Part shown: positions 27,119 to 35,578 of the stretch, piece after piece
How the letters are laid out: each line of letters begins with the position of its first letter
How positions within the stretch are numbered: the first letter of the stretch is position 1
NCBI GenBank assembly: GCA_964610335.1
Contig: CAZSVP010000002.1
Coordinates: forward strand, 14,376-78,375
Length of the DNA stretch: 64,000 nt
Direction of reading: 5' to 3'
DNA from: an uncultured Candidatus Saccharibacteria bacterium
GTDB taxonomy: Bacteria > Patescibacteriota > Saccharimonadia > CAILAD01 > BJGX01
Position numbers and translations under genes: made by a program
Notes under the pieces: model-generated
What the model was told of the DNA's origin: nothing
The model's database searches: none
The model's input: only the letters and a program-made list of their open reading frames with translations

Positions 27119-27928
27119 CTAGAATATCTGTCGTTTGTCGCGCGACATTTTCTTGCGCAAGCTTGTATTGCCACTCGAGTACATACGAGGCAACATGCCA
27201 ACTGGACTCCAGGCTTTTTGTAGCTTGCGAATATCTACACCCGGTTGGTAATGACCGGTGGTACCATAATCGATAGTAGTGGCGGCCACCCAGAAGAATA
27301 TCATCTGCGCGATCGGCATACCCACCACAAGAGGAACCCAGACGTTGGTATTTTTGTTGCGAATCTCCATGGTCCAACGATTGATGTAGCCCACATCGCC
27401 CCAACCAGCGTCGTCGCAAGAGCTAATGTTGATGCGCCCCAGGCTACTGCGAGCTTTCATCATGGTGGTGATGCCATAGCTACCTCCTATGTACTCAAGT
27501 GTATGAGCCAGAATACATTCGCCTGGTGCCAGCACTATAATATATTCGTCCTTGTCGATGCCTGCAAATGATTGTCGACTATGTTGTTTGCACCATGTTT
27601 CATGAGTGACGGCCTTATGGGGGCCTGAATAATACAAATCTACCTCTTCTTTGCTATATGGCGAAAAGTCTACACGATGCCCGACTTGCTCAGCCATATA
27701 ATAGTTACCACCCAATCGCACATCGTAGCTGCTAGAGTTGAGAAGCTCGGGCTCAAATGGATCTATTACAACTTGTCCACTATTGAGACAAGCTGTAAGC
27801 TCAGCATCTCCAAGCACGCCAGAAAATGGTCTGTTGGATTTACGCTGATAAACTTCAACATCAGCTAGATCGAAATCTACAGCTGTTGTGCGTCCTTTTA
27901 ACCACTCTTCTGGACTTTGTTGTTTCAC
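27119..27928 (-). CDS. dcd: dCTP deaminase family protein (dUTPase fold), long form
   Basis: LNSSSYDVRLG motif; 269 aa; backbone-like GC. Confidence 0.65.
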   Translation of the reverse strand: MKQQSPEEWLKGRTTAVDFDLADVEVYQRKSNRPFSGVLGDAELTACLNSGQVVIDPFEPELLNSSSYDVRLGGNYYMAEQVGHRVDFSPYSKEEVDLYYSGPHKAVTHETWCKQHSRQSFAGIDKDEYIIVLAPGECILAHTLEYIGGSYGITTMMKARSSLGRINISSCDDAGWGDVGYINRWTMEIRNKNTNVWVPLVVGMPIAQMIFFWVAATTIDYGTTGHYQPGVDIRKLQKAWSPVGMLPRMYSSGNTSLRKKMSRDKRQIF

Positions 27929-27987
27929 ATTACCTCCAATTTATTTCCTAGACTAACAGACAATCTAGACAAACCCAAGCTTAACTA

Positions 27988-28015
27988 AAATGATCCACCT
28001 TGTGGCGGATCATTT
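27988..28015 (-). terminator. Hairpin AAATGATCCACC-TTGT-GGCGGATCATTT downstream of rplA
   Basis: 12 bp stem with one mismatch, U-rich tail on minus strand. Confidence 0.45.
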
Positions 28016-28034
28016 ACAGAAGAGTTAAGTGCAA

Positions 28035-29045
28035 TTACTCTTTGGCTTCTTTTTGAGCAGCGTTGACATCAAGTTTGATAGATGGGCTCATAGTAGCACT
28101 CACAAACATACTGCGTACAAATACACCCTTTACTCCAGCCGGCTTGGCTTGGTTGAGACCAGCTACTACTGCCTTGAGATTGCTTAGCAAGTCTGCCGGT
28201 TTGAAGCTGAGCTTACCAAATCCAACATGCACTATACCATTGGCATCGGCTCGTAGTTCAGCTTGACCCTTCTTGATTTCTTCGACGGCTGCTGCAGGAT
28301 TGGCAGTAACAGTATTGTTCTTGGGCGATGGCATAAGTCCCTTGGGACCCAAAACCTTAGCATATCGGCCTAGCTCAGCCATTTTAGCAGGTGTTGCTAC
28401 TAGTACATCAAAGTCAAACTTTTCTTTGCCAAGTGCAGCGAGCAAATCTTCTGAGTTGGTAATGTCAGCACCAGCCTTCTTGGCGGCTGCTGCATCTTTG
28501 TCGTCGGCAAGTACGGCTACACGAACAGATTTGCCGGTACCAGCTGGCAAGGCCACGCTACTACGGACTTGTTGATCGGCCTGTTTGGGATCGATATTGC
28601 ATGCCACATGTAGCTCGGCCGTGGCATCAAAATTGACCTTGGAAAGCTTGGGTAAGAGTTCTACTGCTTCAGCCAATGTATATAGCTTGTCTGGCTCTAT
28701 AAGTTCACGCACCTCTTTTTGATTCTTGGAATACTTCTTAACACGCGGTTTTTGGATAACCTTTGGTTTTTCGGTCTCTTCTACTGCCTTAGATTTGGTG
28801 TCAGCCTTGCGATTTTCCTTGGCTTCAGCTTCAGCTGCTTCTTCTTGGGCTTTCTTACTACGTTTGCCTGCCTTAGTAGTTGCAGCCTTGGTAGTTTTCT
28901 CTTCAGCAACTACTTCGTCAGCGACCTTCGCTGGTTTCTTAGTATTCTTTTCTTCAGCCACAACAGGCTCTTTAGCCTTTTTAGTAACTTTCTTATCATC
29001 GGTCTTCTTAGTATCTGTCATTTGATTTGCTCCTTTCGTGGTCAA
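28035..29045 (-). CDS. rplA: 50S ribosomal protein L1 with ~105 aa Lys/Glu/Ala-rich N-terminal extension
   Basis: Conserved L1 core from ...KLYTLAEAVELL onward. Confidence 0.9.
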   Translation of the reverse strand: MTTKGANQMTDTKKTDDKKVTKKAKEPVVAEEKNTKKPAKVADEVVAEEKTTKAATTKAGKRSKKAQEEAAEAEAKENRKADTKSKAVEETEKPKVIQKPRVKKYSKNQKEVRELIEPDKLYTLAEAVELLPKLSKVNFDATAELHVACNIDPKQADQQVRSSVALPAGTGKSVRVAVLADDKDAAAAKKAGADITNSEDLLAALGKEKFDFDVLVATPAKMAELGRYAKVLGPKGLMPSPKNNTVTANPAAAVEEIKKGQAELRADANGIVHVGFGKLSFKPADLLSNLKAVVAGLNQAKPAGVKGVFVRSMFVSATMSPSIKLDVNAAQKEAKE

Positions 29046-29087
29046 GCATGCGCTCTCAAGCGCACTCCCACAGCTAGGTTAATTGTG

Positions 29088-29540
29088 TTACGACTTCGCA
29101 GCGACTTTTTTTGGTTGCTCGGTTTCTACTCCCATACTGCGAGCAGTACCGGCTATGATTTTCTTAGCAGCCTCAATGTCATTGGCATTGAGGTCAGCCA
29201 TCTTGGCTTCAGCAATCTCAGTTAGCTGAGCATCTGTGAGTTTACCAACTTTGTCTTTGTTGGGCACACCGCTACCACTTTTGAGCTTGAGAGCTTCCTT
29301 GATCATGGTTTTTGCAGGAGTACCCTTAACTACAAAACTCATAGACTTGTCTTCGTAGATGGTTACCACTACTGGAGTGGGTTGTCCCTTACGATCTTGA
29401 GTTTGTTCATTGAAAGGATTAATGAAATCCATCATGTTCACACCATGCTGGCCAAGGTTGGACCCAACAGGAGGAGCTGGGGTAGCACCGCCACCCATCA
29501 ATATCATTTTCACTTTTCCGATAACTTTTTTTGCTGCCAT
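29088..29540 (-). CDS. rplK: 50S ribosomal protein L11
   Basis: MAAKKVIGKVKM...PPVGSNLGQHGVN. Confidence 0.92.
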   Translation of the reverse strand: MAAKKVIGKVKMILMGGGATPAPPVGSNLGQHGVNMMDFINPFNEQTQDRKGQPTPVVVTIYEDKSMSFVVKGTPAKTMIKEALKLKSGSGVPNKDKVGKLTDAQLTEIAEAKMADLNANDIEAAKKIIAGTARSMGVETEQPKKVAAKS

Positions 29541-29550
29541 AATATACTCC

Positions 29551-30090
29551 TTAAACTTTCTTCACCTGAAGACCATCGAGCTCCACTGGTGTTTCACGAC
29601 CAAACATACTGACAAGTACCTTGATCTTACCTTTTTGCTCATCTACTTCAGATATAGTGCCATCAAAGCCTTTAAACGGACCGTCGGTAATATTGACAAG
29701 CTCGCCCACAGAATAGTCAATCTTAAACTTAGGCTCTTCTACACCCATACGTTTTTGAATGGCTTTGACCTCGTTTTCACTGAGCGGTGATGGCGTAGTG
29801 CCAGAACCTACAAAGCCAGTGACATTGGGAGTGTTCCGGACCATAAACCAGCTGTCTTCGGTAATCGACATATGCACCATGATATAGCCAGGGAAGATCT
29901 TGCGTTCAACAGTACGACGTCGGCCATTCTTGATCTCAATTTGTTTTTCTTTTGGCACGATCACATCAAATACTTTGTCGGCCATATCCATTGACTCAGT
30001 TCGTTGACGGATTGCCTCTGCTACTTGGTCTTCGTAGCCGGAATAGGTATGGATTACATACCACGCTTGTTCTCCAGTTTGTTTGTTCAT
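29551..30090 (-). CDS. nusG: Transcription antitermination factor NusG
   Basis: [14 protein letters not shown] domain, KOW domain. Confidence 0.9.
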   Translation of the reverse strand: MNKQTGEQAWYVIHTYSGYEDQVAEAIRQRTESMDMADKVFDVIVPKEKQIEIKNGRRRTVERKIFPGYIMVHMSITEDSWFMVRNTPNVTGFVGSGTTPSPLSENEVKAIQKRMGVEEPKFKIDYSVGELVNITDGPFKGFDGTISEVDEQKGKIKVLVSMFGRETPVELDGLQVKKV

Positions 30091-30096
30091 GTGGCT

Positions 30097-30288
30097 CTAT
30101 TGCCCTTTTTTAATTAACGCTTGTAAACCTGCGCGCAAAATAGCGTCGAGACCTGATAGATATATACCAATCACGATTGAAACTACTACCACAACAATCG
30201 CCAAGGTTATGGCCTGTCGCCTAGTCGGCCATATTACCTTTTTGAGCTCAGCAATTGAGCCTTGTATGTAAGTGGTAACGCGTTGCAT
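30097..30288 (-). CDS. secE: Preprotein translocase SecE (minimal 1-TM form)
   Basis: 63 aa, single TM, position upstream of nusG. Confidence 0.8.
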   Translation of the reverse strand: MQRVTTYIQGSIAELKKVIWPTRRQAITLAIVVVVVSIVIGIYLSGLDAILRAGLQALIKKGQ

Positions 30289-30305
30289 GTTCTTGGTTGT
30301 AATCT

Positions 30306-30327
30306 AAAAAAGCCTCCGCACGGCTTT
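30306..30327 (-). terminator. Short hairpin + U-run upstream of secE
   Basis: AAGCC-TCCGCAC-GGCTT with A/T run. Confidence 0.4.
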
Positions 30328-30338
30328 ATGGAATAATT

Positions 30339-31484
30339 CTACTTGTTTTTGGTGTTATTGTCAAATGGTTTGACCTGTTTGGCCGACGGAATTTCTAGGT
30401 TGGATTGTTCGACTAGCTTTTTGAGACGAATGGATTGGCTGTGAGCATAATCAAATGCTTTCGGAAGAGCTACTTGTACTATTATTCCTACCAACACGCA
30501 AGCTAGCAAGAAACTATCAATACCAAGAATTAACAGTGCTGTTGACGGATATCGGCGCAACTTAGTAAAACTTTCCAAACCAGGCAGCCAATACTTATGT
30601 TTTTGTAAGTGATCAAAGCTCAAAACAGCTATAGACAAGCAAATACCCATCACTAATCCAAGTACTTGCCAACCGCTAGAAAGACCCGATAATAGCAAAA
30701 GCGTTTCAAAACTAACAATAAAAACCAATATTGCTAGTGTAATAGTAGCAGGTAACAGCCTGTTGGCTATTTGGGACAGGGTGCTCAGTGGACTAGTGGC
30801 TGGGATTATTGGTACAAGTAAGAGTTTGCCTACTTTGGCACTGCGAGCAAAGCGCAAAACATTTCGATTACGACAAGCCCAGCACCACAATATACCAATA
30901 ATCGTAATAGCCCAAAGACAAATTACAACAAATACAGCTAGCACTGGCAAGAAGCTATACAGCTTGTTGATTACCAATGTGGAAAGACCAGTGGCTATAA
31001 TCAAAGCTAATGCCATCAACAACACAAAGTAAGTGGTGCCTACGATCAAGCCACCTACTAACTGCCAATATGGTGGACGATTGGCACTCGATAACTTGAG
31101 CAACCACGGTTCTAACAACCAACCTATTAAGACAAATATTCCTGTACTTGCAGCAATAAATCTTAGGTTGTTGAGGTTGCTAGAAGAGAACCAGTTGGAT
31201 ACAGTTTGAGCAAGTTCGTAGCTATTGAGCTGCATTGTTTTTACTACTATCAGCAAAATAATTGGGGTAGACAGAACTATTAGGAATCTAAGAGAAAAAA
31301 GCATGCGTAGAATTACAACTACTACAACAGGCGTTGATATAACAATAGAATGTTTTGCAGGGGTTTTTGAATGCGGCTTTTTCTTTTTTACAGCTGGCGG
31401 ACTCTTGGAGATTTTACGTGCTCCCTGCTCGGTAATATCATAAGAAATACCGTCAATAGTCATACGAGTTGGTTTGTTTGCCAT
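30339..31484 (-). CDS. Hypothetical polytopic membrane protein
   Basis: 381 aa, multiple TM helices, Lys-rich N-terminus. Confidence 0.5.
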   Translation of the reverse strand: MANKPTRMTIDGISYDITEQGARKISKSPPAVKKKKPHSKTPAKHSIVISTPVVVVVILRMLFSLRFLIVLSTPIILLIVVKTMQLNSYELAQTVSNWFSSSNLNNLRFIAASTGIFVLIGWLLEPWLLKLSSANRPPYWQLVGGLIVGTTYFVLLMALALIIATGLSTLVINKLYSFLPVLAVFVVICLWAITIIGILWCWACRNRNVLRFARSAKVGKLLLVPIIPATSPLSTLSQIANRLLPATITLAILVFIVSFETLLLLSGLSSGWQVLGLVMGICLSIAVLSFDHLQKHKYWLPGLESFTKLRRYPSTALLILGIDSFLLACVLVGIIVQVALPKAFDYAHSQSIRLKKLVEQSNLEIPSAKQVKPFDNNTKNK

Positions 31485-31496
31485 AACTCTAGTGTC

Positions 31497-32345
31497 TCAC
31501 CTTCCGAATAGTTTTGCTAGATGACAGCCAAGCAATATCCAGGCTTTTTCAGGCCCGCTCAAACTCACCCTAGACTTGGAAATTTGCTGCGGTGTTAACT
31601 GAGCCAGTTTGGCTAGTAATCTCATATAGGCACGCATGGCCAAAAGAACACCGTAACGAACACTTTTGGGTAGTTGATCTACCCCGAGCCTAGCCTGCTC
31701 AAAATCTACCTCAATCTCGTTGATTATTGCCATATAACCACCTTGGCTAAGATCTGTAAAATCTATGTTTGGGAAATATTGTCGAGACAATTCTTGCTGA
31801 TCACTACCAAGATCACGCAAGAAATTCACTTTTTGAAACGCTGCGCCTAATGCCTCAGCTGCTGATATAAGCTTCTGGTATTGGCTAGCTTTGCCGTCAC
31901 AGAAAACCGACAAGCACATCAAACCAACTGCCTGGGCTGAGCCATATATATAGTTGTCATATTCTGCTTTTGAGTAACTATGCTTTGAAATATCCATCCG
32001 CATACTGGCAAAAAAAGCCTCAATTGGCTCAATTTCAAGGTTGTACTTACGTGCAGTTGTCGAAAAGGCATGGACTATCAAGTTCTCGCTATATCCCGAC
32101 TTTATAGATTGCAGCGTCTCGGCTTCTAAGGTAGCAAGCCGTTTGGTCATCTTATCTGGCCGCCAACTATCAACCAGCTCATCGGCAATACGAACTAACC
32201 CATAGATGTTATATATATGGTTTCGGTATGGTTGATCTATCAATGTCGTAGCCCGGTAAAAAGAGCTCGAGAATTGACGAGTCACTAGCTCCGCTGCTGC
32301 GAAGCTCGTGTCAGTATATAACTGTTGGTTATAGCGAGTTTGCAT
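31497..32345 (-). CDS. crtB: Phytoene synthase
   Basis: YIYGSAQAVGLM and FQKVNFLRDLGSD squalene/phytoene synthase signatures. Confidence 0.8.
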   Translation of the reverse strand: MQTRYNQQLYTDTSFAAAELVTRQFSSSFYRATTLIDQPYRNHIYNIYGLVRIADELVDSWRPDKMTKRLATLEAETLQSIKSGYSENLIVHAFSTTARKYNLEIEPIEAFFASMRMDISKHSYSKAEYDNYIYGSAQAVGLMCLSVFCDGKASQYQKLISAAEALGAAFQKVNFLRDLGSDQQELSRQYFPNIDFTDLSQGGYMAIINEIEVDFEQARLGVDQLPKSVRYGVLLAMRAYMRLLAKLAQLTPQQISKSRVSLSGPEKAWILLGCHLAKLFGR

Positions 32346-33403
32346 TAGTGATCTCTTCGTACACAGCGACTAGCAAACTCTTGTAGCAATGCCTCGTATT
32401 GTGCAGATACTTCTAATTCCTGGATTTCATAAAGTGTTTTCTGATACATATTATCTGCCAAAGCCTGTACTTGCCTCTTCGCACCGGTGTCATCAAACAG
32501 TTGACGGATCTTTTGCAAGTCTGCAAAACTTGCTTCTGTATTACCCCAATACTTCTGTAGTATTTGTTTTTGTTTTAAGTTGGCATTCTTTAAAGCAAAG
32601 TACACTAAGAATGTTTTCTTACCTTCCTGCATATCTGAAATATTAGGTTTCCCAAGTTTTTTACTGTCACCATATACGCCCAGAATATCATCAGAGAGTT
32701 GGAATCCAGTACCCAGTAGATAGCCTAATCTTTCCAATTTTTCTAGTTGATCATATTTCTTGGCCAAAATGTGCCCAAACTGCAACGGCAATATGAACGA
32801 ATAATAGGCCGTCTTATATGATGCAATCTTCTCGAGCGTAGTCTTTGTTATATGATCTTCTACCGAGGCTAAGATGTCATATTGTTGGCCTATCGCAGTG
32901 ATGGTACTTTTGGTACTCACCAAATTAACTAGACGCATGGCCGTGGCACTATCAACCTTCAGATTACTTATCTGCTCATATACTAGCGCATGCGCAATGT
33001 CGCCAGCGTTAATAGCAGCGCTCAAAGCCACATGATCCCTCTGTTTTTCGGGTAGCTTGTCGAGCCGCTTGCGAAAACGTGCCTCTATAGTTGGTCCACC
33101 ATGCCGTACAAAATCACTATCCTCGATATCGTCATGTATCAGCATAAAGGAGTGTAATAGCTCCAATACAATACTGGATTGAGCTACAATTTGTTGACCA
33201 CGACCACCATACATTTGAAAGCTCATACTCATTAAGAGTGGACGTAATCGCTTACCACCACTCATGGTGTATTTCTCTATATCACTAAAGACAGTTTTGG
33301 TAATTCTATCATTAGCATAAATTCCTTTTGTCCTTGCGAAGTAGCTCACTAGCGATGCATCGATTCTTTTTTTGTTAGCTACAATATAATTGTCTAGGCT
33401 CAT
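32345..33403 (-). CDS. crtE: Polyprenyl (geranylgeranyl) diphosphate synthase
   Basis: LIHDDIEDSD and FQLSDDILGVYGD (two DDxxD). Confidence 0.8.
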   Translation of the reverse strand: MSLDNYIVANKKRIDASLVSYFARTKGIYANDRITKTVFSDIEKYTMSGGKRLRPLLMSMSFQMYGGRGQQIVAQSSIVLELLHSFMLIHDDIEDSDFVRHGGPTIEARFRKRLDKLPEKQRDHVALSAAINAGDIAHALVYEQISNLKVDSATAMRLVNLVSTKSTITAIGQQYDILASVEDHITKTTLEKIASYKTAYYSFILPLQFGHILAKKYDQLEKLERLGYLLGTGFQLSDDILGVYGDSKKLGKPNISDMQEGKKTFLVYFALKNANLKQKQILQKYWGNTEASFADLQKIRQLFDDTGAKRQVQALADNMYQKTLYEIQELEVSAQYEALLQEFASRCVRRDH

Positions 33404-34887
33404 GGTTGTTCCTCAAGTATTCTCTCCACGACCAATTTGGCACTCAATGTAACCATCGGTATACCCCCTCCTGGGTAAGTGCTAGCACCTACAAAGTACA
33501 AGCCCGCTACATCACGGCTTTTGTTGGATGGCCGAAAGTATCCAGACTGAAATAGATTGTGGCTCAAACCAAAAGCGGATCCCTGATGGAGGTTAAATGT
33601 AGATGCAAAATCATTTGGCCCAAAGATTCTTTCTGATCTGATAGAATTCTTTAGTGACACTCCAAATTCTTTCTCAAACCGTTTTAATACCTTGGCCTTA
33701 ATACCTGGGGCTGCTTCTTGCCAATCTATATTGGCCTCTAAGTTTGGCACCGGCACCAACACGTACATCACATGTCTGCCCTTGGGCGCCAGAGTCGGGT
33801 CTGTTTTGGTCGGTACGTAAACATAAAAACTGGGGTCTGTTGGCAGCTTGCCTTCTTTGAAAATCTGCTCGAGATTTTGCTTGAATTGTTTGCTAAGTAT
33901 CACGTTGTGATGGAGCAATCCATCAAGCTCAGCATCTAATCCCCAATAAAACAACAGCGCGGAGCTGGCTTGTTTGTATCCAGTAAGCTTTTGTTCTGGC
34001 ATACTAGGTCTGTGCTTCGCATCTACTAAATCTAGATACGTATACACCAAATCAGAATTGGCCAATACCATATCAAATTGTTTCGCATTTCCAGGCTTAA
34101 GTGTAATCCCCTGAGCAACTCCGTTTTCGATGTTTATCTTTTCTACCTGTGAGTTAAGATGAATTTTGACACCCATATCAATGCATAGTTTTTTGAGTGC
34201 TTGGCTCAACTTATACATTCCGCCTTTGGGATACCATATGCCCAAGCCAGTCTCCATATAACTAACAGTCGAATATATGGCCGGCGCATCATAGGGACTT
34301 ACTCCCAAATACATACTCTGAAAGCTAAATAATTGGCGTAAGCGTTCGTCACGAAAGTAGTGACCTGTAAAATTATATAGGCTACTTAAGCCACGTTTGG
34401 TGAGTAGCTGCACACCATGCTTTGGACTCAAGAAGTCAGTTGGCTTGTCAAAGTTCTTATCTATGTAGTGTTTCCTGGCAAGTCGATAGAACTCAGCTAC
34501 TCTACCGAAATAGTGATAGAACTGTTCTGGCGCTTTAGAATCAAATTTGGCCAGTTGGTTGCAAAACCTAGGCAAGTTACTGCTAACTTCGATGCGACTA
34601 TGATCACCAAAAACTACTTGATAGTTCGGCTCAAGCTGAATTAGCTCAATGTAATCATCGAAGTTTTTACCACAATACTTAAATGTGTCGTACAGGACAT
34701 CAGTCATCATAAGTAGCGTTGGGCCCATATCAAAGCTAAATCCGTCCTGGCTGAATTTGTATGCTCTACCACCCACTTGTGGGTTCTGTTCGTAGACGTC
34801 TACACTATAACCATGTTTTGCGAGTCTTGCAGCTGCACACATCCCACCTATCCCAGCCCCAATTATTGCAACTGACTTCTGTTTCAT
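33400..34887 (-). CDS. crtI: Phytoene desaturase
   Basis: VAIIGAGIGGMCAAARL FAD dinucleotide fold, 495 aa. Confidence 0.85.
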   Translation of the reverse strand: MKQKSVAIIGAGIGGMCAAARLAKHGYSVDVYEQNPQVGGRAYKFSQDGFSFDMGPTLLMMTDVLYDTFKYCGKNFDDYIELIQLEPNYQVVFGDHSRIEVSSNLPRFCNQLAKFDSKAPEQFYHYFGRVAEFYRLARKHYIDKNFDKPTDFLSPKHGVQLLTKRGLSSLYNFTGHYFRDERLRQLFSFQSMYLGVSPYDAPAIYSTVSYMETGLGIWYPKGGMYKLSQALKKLCIDMGVKIHLNSQVEKINIENGVAQGITLKPGNAKQFDMVLANSDLVYTYLDLVDAKHRPSMPEQKLTGYKQASSALLFYWGLDAELDGLLHHNVILSKQFKQNLEQIFKEGKLPTDPSFYVYVPTKTDPTLAPKGRHVMYVLVPVPNLEANIDWQEAAPGIKAKVLKRFEKEFGVSLKNSIRSERIFGPNDFASTFNLHQGSAFGLSHNLFQSGYFRPSNKSRDVAGLYFVGASTYPGGGIPMVTLSAKLVVERILEEQP

Positions 34888-34926
34888 ATTGCACTAATCA
34901 TATCAGATCGTTTAGTGTAGGGGTAG

Positions 34927-35247
34927 ATGAAGATTACTAACCTGATATATATTACTACTCTGGGTACAAGCTTAGTGTGCCTAGTACTAATTGATAAACG
35001 TTGGCGGCTAGCTATGTTTTACGATGCCAAAGCTAGCTTGTTTGCTATTGGAACTGTGGCACTACTACTACTAGGATTTGATGTTGCTGGAATTAGTTGG
35101 GGAATATTCTTCACAAATCAAGCTTACGTGAGCGGAATACACTTATTCTCAAAAAACTTACCTGTTGAAGAGATATTGCTGCTAGCCTTGATATGCTACA
35201 CCACACTTGTACTATATCAGTCGTTCAAGAGAGTATGGCATGAGTAA
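34927..35247 (+). CDS. Lycopene cyclase domain protein (heterodimeric cyclase subunit, CrtYc/CrtYe-like)
   Basis: 106 aa, 3 TM, LPVEEILL (PxEE) motif. Confidence 0.6.
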   Translation: MKITNLIYITTLGTSLVCLVLIDKRWRLAMFYDAKASLFAIGTVALLLLGFDVAGISWGIFFTNQAYVSGIHLFSKNLPVEEILLLALICYTTLVLYQSFKRVWHE

Positions 35248-35578
35248 ATACACTATTCTTTTCGTATTTGAGATCATACTAGTATTAATAGTTCTACTGT
35301 TCTCAAGGCGCCAGCTCAGGTTTAAACCAATACTGCTGACATTAGTTTGTTTGACTATTATTACTTGCATATTTGATAGCTGGCTCACAGCTTGGCCAAT
35401 CGTGCAGTATAATAGTGTAGCGATCAGTGGTATTCGTCTGGGAACTATCCCATTCGAAGATTTTGGCTATACGATACTGGCAGGTATATTGATACCAATC
35501 GTATTTGAGATTATCCATGGACATCAAAAAAACCATCCAAGCAATTCGAGAAATAATCCAGACCAGCCGTCCGGTTAG
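35240..35578 (+). CDS. Lycopene cyclase domain protein (second subunit, CrtYd/CrtYf-like)
   Basis: ~110 aa, 3 TM, IPFEDFGY (PxED) motif; 3' end overlaps next gene across an A7 run. Confidence 0.55.
   Translation: MSKYTILFVFEIILVLIVLLFSRRQLRFKPILLTLVCLTIITCIFDSWLTAWPIVQYNSVAISGIRLGTIPFEDFGYTILAGILIPIVFEIIHGHQKNHPSNSRNNPDQPSG

Noticed and set aside
28719-29225. 168 aa and 99 aa plus-strand ORFs
   Set aside because: Antisense to rplA. Leu/Phe/Ser-rich shadow frames of a Lys/Glu-rich gene.
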